Below are positions 1 to 7,964 of a stretch of 64,000 nucleotides of DNA, piece after piece; positions within the stretch are counted from its first letter, which is position 1, and each line of letters opens with the position of its first letter. The translations under genes and the position numbers were made by a program. The notes below the pieces were generated by a model. The model saw only the letters and a program-made list of their open reading frames with translations, was not told the origin of the DNA and ran no database searches. The DNA comes from a virus. The stretch lies in the IMG/VR virus record IMGVR_UViG_3300042507_004023; one strand, 5' to 3'.

Positions 1-265
1 TGGCAGAAAGCGTTTGGTAAATTGGTTGAATCTTGACAAACTGATTCAATCCATGAAACTGTCGGGTTGCACGGAACTCATTATCAACAAATGTGATGTG
101 CTAGAAAAAGTGGGAGTTTTTAAAGTTTACCACAAGGGTTCACTACACAATTTTAAAGATTTAGGCGAACTGAAGGTTTTTATAATTGATGCTATTGGCG
201 ATGCAGGAAACTGCGGTCTACCTGTTCACCAAATCACCTTCTCAAGCCACCAGGAGACGATATGA
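1..265 (+). CDS. purA: Adenylosuccinate synthetase family protein, C-terminal fragment (5'-truncated by the window)
   Basis: The frame from base 2 reads GRKRLVNWLNLDKL...LIINKCDVL, matching the PurA GRxRRxGW...LTKLDVL motifs. Confidence 0.75.
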   Translation, partial: GRKRLVNWLNLDKLIQSMKLSGCTELIINKCDVLEKVGVFKVYHKGSLHNFKDLGELKVFIIDAIGDAGNCGLPVHQITFSSHQETI

Positions 266-396
266 GCGGCAAGCATGCAGCAGGCAAGGGAGATAGATAC
301 CGTAAGGTGGATTACGCTTTATGGTCAAAGAATTGGGACGCAATTTTTAAGAAAAAGAAGAAAGCAAATAAAAAAATTGCACCGAAGGGAAAGTGA
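262..396 (+). CDS. Small basic hypothetical protein (44 aa)
   Basis: MSGKHAAGKGDRYRKVDYALWSKNWDAIF...; ATGA overlap with the purA stop; GGAG upstream; below the ORF-track cutoff. Confidence 0.6.
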   Translation: MSGKHAAGKGDRYRKVDYALWSKNWDAIFKKKKKANKKIAPKGK

Positions 397-405
397 CGGT
401 ATACT
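377..405 (+). promoter_or_regulatory. Sigma70-like early promoter
   Basis: TTGCAC-17 nt-TATACT. Confidence 0.45.
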
Positions 406-470
406 AAACACTATACCTTAACTTTACCAGACTTGTTGGAGCGGTTACAGCAAGTCGCATTCGGAGAAAG

Positions 471-656
471 ATGATGGAGATTGAAGACTTCGCAGCGCAT
501 GCGAATATCGGAGAACTAGCCCGCAAAACTGCTCGTATTGTTGAGTGGGAATTGGAAGGCAAGTTCACCGCATCGCAAGCGTTTGAAGAGATACGAAAAG
601 TTTACTTGTCACTAAAACAATCTACAGAAGAAATCAGGGGAGCCACAAGTGTCTGA
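471..656 (+). CDS. Small hypothetical protein
   Basis: 61-aa ORF with GGAG RBS; resembles small helical proteins of T4-like phages. Confidence 0.65.
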   Translation: MMEIEDFAAHANIGELARKTARIVEWELEGKFTASQAFEEIRKVYLSLKQSTEEIRGATSV

Positions 657-1284
657 ACAAATTGAAACCTATCGAAAAGAATTGATTACAGAAATCTCAC
701 TTGCTCGCGTGTTCTCACATGTTGAGAAGCGACCGTTTGCTTTGCTTACCGCGTTTCGTGGCAGCAATTCGCTGTCGGTGAATCGTGGACTCAACAAGAA
801 GTTGGAGAATGATATTCGTGCAGCAGGTTTTGGTTTTGAGAAAGTTGTTGGCACTTACGAAGAAGACCTTGGTGACGGCAAGAAGCGTCGTGTTACTGAA
901 GAGTCTTTTATGATTATCGGAGATGATGATAGTGCTGCGAAGGTTGGAGCCATCAAAGGCTTTGCCAAGAAGATGGGCGCAAAGTATGAGCAGGATGCTA
1001 TCTTTTTCAAGTCGCCTGCCAATCCACAAGGATTAGTCATCGGAACCAAGGCAGAAGCATGGCCTGGTCTAGGTAAGGAAGAACCTGTTGGTGAGTTCAA
1101 GCCTAACCGACTTAGCGGCATCTATACTGCACTCAAGACCAAGAACAAGGAGCCAATTAGTGGTTTCAAGTTTGAGGAATTCCATCATCCAATGACTGTA
1201 ACTGAAATTTGGGTGAAGCATCTTATGAAGAAGAAAGGTTTAGATAATGATAGACAAAATGAGAGAACTTCGTCGTCGTCGTAA
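649..1284 (+). CDS. Conserved phage hypothetical protein
   Basis: 211 aa, with the LLTAFR...GFEKVVGTY.E...EESF...YEQDAI pattern typical of T4-like hypotheticals. Confidence 0.7.
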   Translation: MSEQIETYRKELITEISLARVFSHVEKRPFALLTAFRGSNSLSVNRGLNKKLENDIRAAGFGFEKVVGTYEEDLGDGKKRRVTEESFMIIGDDDSAAKVGAIKGFAKKMGAKYEQDAIFFKSPANPQGLVIGTKAEAWPGLGKEEPVGEFKPNRLSGIYTALKTKNKEPISGFKFEEFHHPMTVTEIWVKHLMKKKGLDNDRQNERTSSSS

Positions 1285-1411
1285 GCGTCGTTACGAATCC
1301 CGAAAAATTAAGCGTCAGACAGAACTTCTAAATGCGAAGAAGGAAATTCTTCGTAAATTAGAAGATCGTGGTATTCTTCCGCTTTGGATTAAGCGGGAAA
1401 AGCAAATCTAA
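1247..1411 (+). CDS. Arg/Lys-rich small protein (54 aa)
   Basis: MIDKMRELRRRRKRRYESRK...EKQI*; fills the gap before tRNA-Asn. Confidence 0.5.
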   Translation: MIDKMRELRRRRKRRYESRKIKRQTELLNAKKEILRKLEDRGILPLWIKREKQI

Positions 1412-1416
1412 AAAGG

Positions 1417-1488
1417 TGGCTCGTAGCACAACGGTAGTGCGATCCGCTGTTAACGGATAGGTTGCTGGTTCGAATCCAGCCGAGCCAG
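1417..1488 (+). tRNA. trnN: tRNA-Asn(GTT)
   Basis: Cloverleaf: TGGCTCG/CGAGCCA acceptor stem, ATCCG-CTGTTAA-CGGAT anticodon arm, GTTCGAATC T-loop; no CCA. Confidence 0.95.
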
Positions 1489-1495
1489 TTTAAAT

Positions 1496-2401
1496 ATGGA
1501 AAAGCGTTATCTAATCACAGGTGGAGCAGGACTTGTTGGAACTTCAGTTCCTTTTGGATTAAAGCCAACTCGCAAAGAAGTTGATCTAAGTAATTACGAT
1601 CAACTAATTGGTTACATTCGTGACCATAAAATTACAGATATTGTTCATTGCGCTGGAAAGGTTGGCGGAGTTAAATCCAACAAGCAGTTCATCAACGATT
1701 TTCTTGTTGATAACTTAACTATCAACGCAAACATTATCAAGGCTTCTCGGGAAGTTAAACGAGCAACCTTCTTGTTGTCTACTTGCATCTTTCCTGAGTT
1801 TGCTCACTATCCGCTAACCGAAGAACAAATTCATAACGGCGAACCACATCCCACAAATTACGGATACGCTTACGCAAAGCGAATGCTTGAAGTGGGAGCA
1901 AGAAGTCTACGAGAGCAATACAAAGTTAATGCGAAGTGTATTATTCCTTGTAATCTTTACGGAGCAAACGATAATTACGATATGGAAAACGGGCATGTTC
2001 TTCCAAGTCTAATTCATCGTTGTTATCTTTCAAAGATTAACAATCAACCTTTTACAATTTGGGGAGAAGGTAAGGCTCTTCGTGAATTTGTATTTTCCGA
2101 AGACCTTGGTAGAATTTTACAAATGATTCATGTTGACGAACACTCAACTCCTGATATGATGATTGTTTCTCCAGGTAAAGAGTGGAGCATTCGTGAAGCG
2201 GTAGAAATTATAATTTCCGAAATGGGCTTTTCTGGCGAATTGGTGTTTGACAAAACCAAGCCAGAAGGTATAATGAGGAAGCCAACAAACAATACCTTGT
2301 TCACGACTTACTTCCCTGATTTTAAATTTACCGACTTGAAGACTGGTCTAAAGAAAACTATTGAGGACTTTCTAGTAAAATACCCGAATGTCCGAAAGTA
2401 A
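1496..2401 (+). CDS. fcl: GDP-L-fucose synthase / ColC-like epimerase-reductase
   Basis: ITGGAGLVG, HCAGKVGGV, STCIFP, YGYAYAKR, PCNLYG.ND, HVLPSLI, WGEGKALREF are Fcl/WcaG motifs. Confidence 0.9.
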   Translation: MEKRYLITGGAGLVGTSVPFGLKPTRKEVDLSNYDQLIGYIRDHKITDIVHCAGKVGGVKSNKQFINDFLVDNLTINANIIKASREVKRATFLLSTCIFPEFAHYPLTEEQIHNGEPHPTNYGYAYAKRMLEVGARSLREQYKVNAKCIIPCNLYGANDNYDMENGHVLPSLIHRCYLSKINNQPFTIWGEGKALREFVFSEDLGRILQMIHVDEHSTPDMMIVSPGKEWSIREAVEIIISEMGFSGELVFDKTKPEGIMRKPTNNTLFTTYFPDFKFTDLKTGLKKTIEDFLVKYPNVRK

Positions 2402-2402
2402 T

Positions 2403-2475
2403 GGGACTGTAGACCAACGGCAGAGTCAACGGATTTAAAATCCGTAAAGTATGGGTTCGAATCCCATCAGTCCTA
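2403..2475 (+). tRNA. trnL: tRNA-Leu(TAA), short variable loop
   Basis: GGGACTG/CAGTCCT acceptor stem, ACGGA-TTTAAAA-TCCGT anticodon arm, 5-nt variable loop, discriminator A. Confidence 0.85.
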
Positions 2476-2481
2476 CTGTTT

Positions 2482-2567
2482 GCGAGAGTGGCTGGAATTG
2501 GCATACACGGCGGATTCAAAATCCGCTGCCCTCTAAAGGCGTGTGGGTTCGAATCCCACCTCTCGCA
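2482..2567 (+). tRNA. trnL: tRNA-Leu(CAA)
   Basis: GCGAGAG/CTCTCGC acceptor stem, GCGGA-TTCAAAA-TCCGC, long variable arm. Confidence 0.95.
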
Positions 2568-2603
2568 CTTTTGTTCAGATTGTGTTATACGATATCTACT
2601 CAC

Positions 2604-2801
2604 ATGGAAACAATAGCAACAATCTTTTTCATCGTTTCGGGAATTTCCGCACTCGCAGCCTCGCAAATCAAGTTATATACTTGGGCGTATTCTCAAGGAT
2701 ACGGTCACGGCAAGCATGCCGGATTTAGTGAAGGCTTATTTAAAGCCTACGAGCGACAGTCTCGTAGGAAGGAGAAACTATACCATGACGCTACCATATG
2801 A
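2604..2801 (+). CDS. Small membrane-anchored hypothetical protein
   Basis: METIATIFFIVSGISALAASQ hydrophobic N-terminus. The longer ORF-track start overlaps two tRNAs, so ATG 2604 is preferred. Confidence 0.55.
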   Translation: METIATIFFIVSGISALAASQIKLYTWAYSQGYGHGKHAGFSEGLFKAYERQSRRKEKLYHDATI

Positions 2802-3318
2802 ATCTTATTGGGCAGTTGTTAAGACTTCAGAATTTCTGAAGGAACTTATGGGCAACACCAAGATGGGCAAGGATGCAATTCGCAAGCAGGCTCGTGATTT
2901 GCTCAAGCACTATCCGTTTGACTTTGATGTTGAACTGTGGATCAAGAACAACGAGAAGGTGATGTGCGAATGGGGCAAGCCCAAGGCAAGTGAAAAGGGA
3001 TACATTGCTATCGGTCGTCACGATCCTGTAGAGTATTCTCCCAAGCATGGCGGTTGGATTTTCTGGCAAGAAACATGGGCAGACTTTCATGGGCCCTTTG
3101 TTAACGAAGCAGAATGTCAGGCTGCTCTGATTCAATACTGCAAAGAACTTGATGCTGGCGAAAAGTCCAAGGAACTGGCAGCAGAGAAGGCTGAAGAAAA
3201 GCGAAGAAACGATCTGTTGAAGACTAATGCATTTTCTCCACCAGAACTAAAGGAAATGGTTGCCAAGGTTAAGAAGTCTTTGGCAAAGAAGGAAAAGAAA
3301 ACCAAAGTCAAGAAGTAA
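2785..3318 (+). CDS. Hypothetical protein (BPSL0761-like N-terminus)
   Basis: ATG 2785 follows GGAG; MTLPYESYWAV...KQARDLLKHYP resembles the MTLP.ER...RA..LL.HYP family. Confidence 0.65.
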   Translation: MTLPYESYWAVVKTSEFLKELMGNTKMGKDAIRKQARDLLKHYPFDFDVELWIKNNEKVMCEWGKPKASEKGYIAIGRHDPVEYSPKHGGWIFWQETWADFHGPFVNEAECQAALIQYCKELDAGEKSKELAAEKAEEKRRNDLLKTNAFSPPELKEMVAKVKKSLAKKEKKTKVKK

Positions 3319-3324
3319 GAAATA

Positions 3325-3406
3325 GTCGGTGTGGTGAAATTGGCATACACGAAAGATTTAGGTTCTTTTGCCGCAAGGCGTGTGGGTTCGACTCCCTCCA
3401 CCGACA
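3325..3406 (+). tRNA. trnL: tRNA-Leu(TAG)
   Basis: GTCGGTG/CACCGAC acceptor stem, AAAGA-TTTAGGT-TCTTT, long variable arm. Confidence 0.95.
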
Positions 3407-3411
3407 CTAAT

Positions 3412-3484
3412 AGTCCCTTAACTCAACGGCTAGAGTGCTTCCTTTACACGGAAGAAGTTGTAGGTTCGAATCCTATAGGGACTA
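3412..3484 (+). tRNA. trnV: tRNA-Val(TAC)
   Basis: AGTCCCT/AGGGACT acceptor stem, CTTCC-TTTACAC-GGAAG. Confidence 0.95.
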
Positions 3485-3489
3485 CTTTC

Positions 3490-3561
3490 GCCATCTTAGC
3501 ACAGTGGTAGTGCACCTGATTTGTAATCTGGAGGTCGTGGGTTCGAATCCCACAGATGGCT
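3490..3561 (+). tRNA. trnT: tRNA-Thr(TGT)
   Basis: GCCATCT/AGATGGC acceptor stem, CCTGA-TTTGTAA-TCTGG. Confidence 0.93.
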
Positions 3562-3565
3562 TTAC

Positions 3566-4186
3566 ATGCTAAACCTAAACATACCAAATTTTTTCTGTCT
3601 ACTTCGTCGTGAGCATATGTATCAGCACAAGACTCACAAGGGCGAGTTTGATAAAGTTATGGTGTTTGGTGCTCAATCTAATCCTGAGCGAGCAATCCTG
3701 TTTCATGTTCTAACAGATAATGGTTTGGTTCGCAGTCGCGTTCCTATTCACATGCTTTGCCATCGTGAAGACGCACCCGAAATACCACTAGACCATCTTC
3801 AGTTATGGGATTGCTTTTCCATTAATTCAACTGTCACCACATACGAACCTCTTCGTGGTTCTCGTTGTAAGGTTATCCTGAAAGACGGTAAAGCGTATTG
3901 GGGGGATTACATGACAACTTTTGATTGGTATAACAACGCATACAGCGATGAGCCGACTCAATACAAGTGCTTGCATATGATTCGTTTGGATAACGGATGC
4001 TTTGCTCTACAGCCAAACAACAGAATCTATTGGAAGCATATGTCGTTTGTAACCAAGCCATTCCCTGAGAAGCCTGACTACAAGGTTGACGATAAGATTT
4101 TCCGATGCGAGGGAACAAGCGACCGTTGGGTTATTGATTGCGATGATGATAGTTACTACTACGATTTGAAAAATCAAAAGCAGTAA
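3566..4186 (+). CDS. Conserved phage hypothetical protein
   Basis: 206 aa, with LNLNIP...LQLWDCFS...LDNGCFALQPNNRI.W, a widespread phage family of unknown function. Confidence 0.75.
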   Translation: MLNLNIPNFFCLLRREHMYQHKTHKGEFDKVMVFGAQSNPERAILFHVLTDNGLVRSRVPIHMLCHREDAPEIPLDHLQLWDCFSINSTVTTYEPLRGSRCKVILKDGKAYWGDYMTTFDWYNNAYSDEPTQYKCLHMIRLDNGCFALQPNNRIYWKHMSFVTKPFPEKPDYKVDDKIFRCEGTSDRWVIDCDDDSYYYDLKNQKQ

Positions 4187-4189
4187 TTT

Positions 4190-4197
4190 TATAAATA
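4190..4197 (+). promoter_or_regulatory. T4-type late promoter
   Basis: Exact TATAAATA upstream of the protease gene. Confidence 0.7.
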
Positions 4198-4255
4198 ATT
4201 CTGTCCTTCTCAAAAGGCTAGATTAACCAAAAACTAGCCGTCTTACAAGGACAGA

Positions 4256-5125
4256 TTGGAGCCGCGTATGCGTAGACCGAGGAGTTTGGTCATGGCGAGC
4301 GTGCTACTAACGCTCGCAAGCGTGCTTACAGCAGGACAGGTATCCTGCCAAAATAATAAATCAAATTGCGATTGCAATGGTTACAACCAACAGGTTGTGG
4401 AAAGAGTTGTTGGAGCGAACGCTGTTGTTCACTACAACGGATTGCCTCTTGGTTCTGGCATTGCATATCGCAAGAACGGCAAGTTGTATGTGCTCACAGC
4501 AGCACATGTGATTGAAGATGAGGAACAAGTTAAAACTAGAAGATGGATTTTTCCTGATAATTATGTGGAAATAGATTTTATTCCCATGTTTCAAACGCCT
4601 TCTGTTGATAACACTTGTGAAGATAAAACATGGGGAACAAAAAAGATAGAAGTTACTCTGTTTGCGGGAGAGTTAGAGTCTCCAATAAGCAAAGAAACTT
4701 GTAAATTGGTATTCAACGATCCAGAATATGATCTAGCAATTCTAGAAGTGGCAACCGATAAACCATTGACACCGCTCGTTAAAGGATGCGTTTTTGATTA
4801 TGCTACTCCACGAATGGGAGTGCCTGTATACATCATGGGAAACCCATCATCGGATTATATGAGTATTACTCGCGGTATCATTGGAAACAATCACAGGAGC
4901 CGGAGTTCACTATCCGAGCATCTACCCTATTATTATCAAACAGATGCTGATGGTGCTCCAGGCTCCTCAGGCGGCGGATTGTATCGTGCAGATTCCGGGG
5001 CTTGCATTGGTGTAGTGGTTATGCTAAACTGCCAAAACTGGCAGATCTATTCTGTGCCAGCCTCGTTTTTAAAAGAGACGCTGCTACGACACAATCAAGG
5101 AGAATTACTTCCACCTAGTGCTTGA
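4256..5125 (+). CDS. Trypsin-like serine protease with a signal-peptide-like N-terminus
   Basis: LTAAHV (His), YDLAIL (Asp), PGSSGGGL (Ser) triad; hydrophobic SLVMASVLLTLASVLTAG. TTG start after AAGGA (alternative ATG 4268). Confidence 0.85.
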   Translation: MEPRMRRPRSLVMASVLLTLASVLTAGQVSCQNNKSNCDCNGYNQQVVERVVGANAVVHYNGLPLGSGIAYRKNGKLYVLTAAHVIEDEEQVKTRRWIFPDNYVEIDFIPMFQTPSVDNTCEDKTWGTKKIEVTLFAGELESPISKETCKLVFNDPEYDLAILEVATDKPLTPLVKGCVFDYATPRMGVPVYIMGNPSSDYMSITRGIIGNNHRSRSSLSEHLPYYYQTDADGAPGSSGGGLYRADSGACIGVVVMLNCQNWQIYSVPASFLKETLLRHNQGELLPPSA

Positions 5126-5149
5126 CTTCTCCTGAGTTCGTGGTAGTAT
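5122..5149 (+). promoter_or_regulatory. Sigma70-like early promoter for the gp45 operon
   Basis: TTGACT-16 nt-TAGTAT, with TG just upstream of the -10. Confidence 0.55.
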
Positions 5150-5176
5150 ACCACAACCTTTGAAGGAGATTACACT

Positions 5177-5902
5177 ATGAAGATTTCGCACGACACGCTG
5201 GCAGTTCTGAAGAATTTCAGCACTATCAACAGCAACCTGATTGTGATGCCAGGCAACACCTTGAAGACTATCAGCCCAACCAAGAATATCATGGTTGAGG
5301 CGGAAGTTCAGGAGGACTTTCCGATAGAGTTCGGTGTTTGGGATTTAAGCAAGTTCCTTGCAACTGTAAGCATGTTCAAGGAGCCGCACTTCGAATTCGA
5401 AAACAACCATGTGGTAATTAAGTCGGAAGGTAGTCGAGCCAAGGTTCGCTACTATTATTCGAATCTTGAGATGCTTGATCCGCAGATTCTGCAAATCATC
5501 AAGAGCGGCAAGAGTTTCAACATGCCAGAATCTGTTGTGGACTTCACTTTAGATTCCAAGGATTTCAACGAGTTGCAGAAAGCGGCAGCAGTTCTTGCTG
5601 CTCCTGACCTTGCTCTTCGCAACTCTGGCGACCGTCTAACCTTGAATGTGTTTGACCGCAAGGACAGCACAGGACACACCTATTCGATTGATGTGGGTGA
5701 GTATGACGGCGATGATTCTTTTGAGTTCATGTTCAAGTCGGAGAATCTAAAGATGATTCCTGGCACTTACGAAGTTAAGGTGTCCGACAAGAAGGTGGCT
5801 CAGTTTGAAACCAAGAATCAGGCGTTGACCTATTGGATTTCTTTGGAAACTGACAGCAAGTTCACCAAGAGCAAGAAGAAGTCCAATGCTGCCGTTGGTT
5901 GA
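5177..5902 (+). CDS. 45: DNA polymerase sliding clamp (T4 gp45 homolog)
   Basis: MKIS..TL.VLKNFSTIN..L...PGN.LKTISP.KNI...FGVWDL..FL; N.KMIPG.Y.V; synteny with 44/62/regA. Confidence 0.95.
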   Translation: MKISHDTLAVLKNFSTINSNLIVMPGNTLKTISPTKNIMVEAEVQEDFPIEFGVWDLSKFLATVSMFKEPHFEFENNHVVIKSEGSRAKVRYYYSNLEMLDPQILQIIKSGKSFNMPESVVDFTLDSKDFNELQKAAAVLAAPDLALRNSGDRLTLNVFDRKDSTGHTYSIDVGEYDGDDSFEFMFKSENLKMIPGTYEVKVSDKKVAQFETKNQALTYWISLETDSKFTKSKKKSNAAVG

Positions 5903-6818
5903 AAAGTATAGACCAAAAACGGTTGCAGACTGCGTTCTTCCGAAGGCGATTAAGTCCACCTTCGAAGGTGTAGTGCAGTCAGGCGAAATCCCGAACATGA
6001 TACTGTCGGGAACCGCAGGCTGTGGTAAAACAACCATAGCCCGTGCGATGTGTTCGGAACTTGGGGTGGACTACATGTTTATCAATGCGAGCGAGGAGGG
6101 CGGCATTGATACACTACGCACCAAGATTCGAAACTTCGCTTCAACCGTTTCTTTGAATGGTGGCAAGAAAGTTATCATACTTGATGAAGCCGACTATCTG
6201 AATCCACAGTCCACACAGCCTGCTCTTCGTGGTGCTATTGAAGAGTTTGCTGTGAACTGTCGGTTCATTATGACTTGCAACTACAAGGCTCGTATCATTG
6301 AGCCGCTACACTCTCGTTGCACTGTTGTTGACTTCAAGATTCCTGCGAAAGAAAAGCCGCAACTCGCTGGCGAATTTCTTGAGCGAGCCAAGCGAATCAT
6401 GGAAGCAGAAGGCATCGAATATGAAGAGAAAGCAATTGCTGAACTCATCATTCGTTACTTCCCTGACTTTCGCAGAATCCTCAACACGATTCAACGGCAC
6501 TCTGTTTCAGGAGCAGTAAATTCTAGTGCTCTTGCTACTGGCAAGGATGTTGATATCGACCAGTTGGTGAAGGCGATGAAGAACAAGTCGTTTGCTGATA
6601 TTCGTAAATGGGTCGCGGAACACTCGGACACCGAACCTGCAATGATTTTCCGGCGTATTTATGACGGACTTCAAGACAAGATGAATTCGGGATCTATACC
6701 GCAAGCAATTCTTATCTTGAGCGAATATCAATACAAGGCTGCATTTGTGGCTGACCAAGAATTAAACATGGTTGCATGCTGTTTGATGCTTGCTTCAGAT
6801 TGTTCTTTCGATAAATAA
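5886..6818 (+). CDS. 44: Clamp loader large subunit (gp44)
   Basis: LVEKYRPK, Walker A GTAGCGKTT, ILDEAD, SRC motif, FPDFRR. Confidence 0.95.
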   Translation: MLPLVEKYRPKTVADCVLPKAIKSTFEGVVQSGEIPNMILSGTAGCGKTTIARAMCSELGVDYMFINASEEGGIDTLRTKIRNFASTVSLNGGKKVIILDEADYLNPQSTQPALRGAIEEFAVNCRFIMTCNYKARIIEPLHSRCTVVDFKIPAKEKPQLAGEFLERAKRIMEAEGIEYEEKAIAELIIRYFPDFRRILNTIQRHSVSGAVNSSALATGKDVDIDQLVKAMKNKSFADIRKWVAEHSDTEPAMIFRRIYDGLQDKMNSGSIPQAILILSEYQYKAAFVADQELNMVACCLMLASDCSFDK

Positions 6819-6824
6819 GGGTAT

Positions 6825-7538
6825 ATGAATCCCAAAATAAAAAGCCTAAACGATTTAACAATCGCACTTCACGAAGTAAACAAGAAGTATAAGATTGAAG
6901 ATTTCATTGAGGCCTACAGGAAGGCTGTTGGCGATACTAACGATGAAATTTTAACAGAGTTGAAAAATGATGGTGCTTCGAATCCATTTCAAAAAATTAT
7001 CAATGTTTCAGGTAAAATAACAGACGAAATGGTAGAAAAACTGATAGAGTCTACGGCTGATCTTACAGAAACATATAATTACACCGAATATCTTGATGAG
7101 TGTAATTATTTAAGAGATTTGTTTCTCAAAGACAGACGAAATTACTTTTCCTCTAAAGTTGTTGGAAGCAAAAAGAAAAATGATAACAGCAGCATATCCA
7201 GCGTGTTCGAACTAACTGGAACCGCAGATATTATTATTGGGGACTTTTTAGATAAAGTTTTAACAAAAATATACCCAACACACCTTGATATTGTGTATGA
7301 GGATCTGAATGGGGAAAAAGTAAAAACCAAGATTCGCCATCGACCTTTAGCAATAACAAAAGAGCATGTGGAAGCCCCTTTGATTGACCGCCATCACGGC
7401 ATTAACGCTTACGATTCTTTTTTGCTTAGGTCTTTTTACGATATCAAGAAAAATGATTGGGTTTATATTCCAATAAGACTAATTATTAAAATTGATTGTG
7501 ATGCTGATATAGTCGGACTAGTTGAAGGTATACAATGA
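6825..7538 (+). CDS. Hypothetical protein inserted between genes 44 and 62
   Basis: 237 aa, AT-rich; the C-terminal FYDIKKNDWVYIP resembles SH3/WYL-like phage domains. Confidence 0.7.
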   Translation: MNPKIKSLNDLTIALHEVNKKYKIEDFIEAYRKAVGDTNDEILTELKNDGASNPFQKIINVSGKITDEMVEKLIESTADLTETYNYTEYLDECNYLRDLFLKDRRNYFSSKVVGSKKKNDNSSISSVFELTGTADIIIGDFLDKVLTKIYPTHLDIVYEDLNGEKVKTKIRHRPLAITKEHVEAPLIDRHHGINAYDSFLLRSFYDIKKNDWVYIPIRLIIKIDCDADIVGLVEGIQ

Positions 7539-7921
7539 ATCCGTTTGATTTTGTTAAAAGTATAAACGATAAAACCAATAATCTGATAGATCAGGATCCA
7601 GACACCGAAAAGGCATATGTTCCTTTTATTGTGAATCGCGCCTTTTCACAGTTTCCAGACACCGTAATTGCTGCTAACACAACTAATTGTATGCATCATA
7701 TTGATCGTAAATTGCAATACGATTATTTGTATTACACACTAAAACCGCGTAAACGATTCTCTAAATGGATTAAGCCGGAGTGGGATGAGTCTTCAGAACA
7801 ACTTGTTGCAGACTACTATAAAGTGAGCAGGGTTAGAGCCAGAGAGTATCTTTCCATGATGACCGAAGAAGATCGGGAAGAACTAGCAAAACGAACTAAT
7901 ACGGGCGGGGTCAAGAAATAA
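7535..7921 (+). CDS. 62: Clamp loader small subunit (gp62)
   Basis: MNPFDFVKSIN...YVPFIVNRAFS.F.DT...N...LQYDY....L..RKRFSKW.K. Confidence 0.95.
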   Translation: MNPFDFVKSINDKTNNLIDQDPDTEKAYVPFIVNRAFSQFPDTVIAANTTNCMHHIDRKLQYDYLYYTLKPRKRFSKWIKPEWDESSEQLVADYYKVSRVRAREYLSMMTEEDREELAKRTNTGGVKK

Positions 7922-7925
7922 AAAA

Positions 7926-7957
7926 ACTAAATACTCCTTGTAGCACAAATAAGGAGT
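7926..7957 (+). promoter_or_regulatory. Late-promoter-like ACTAAATA with an overlapping anti-SD hairpin upstream of regA
   Basis: ACTCCTTGT (7933-7941) pairs with ATAAGGAGT (7949-7957), which contains the SD. Confidence 0.6.
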
Positions 7958-7964
7958 CTACAAT

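Noticed and set aside
2358-3407. ORF-track entries overlapping the tRNAs (2358-2666, 2451 start, 2543-2728, 3132-3407)
   Set aside because: They are translations through tRNA genes or their antisense strand.
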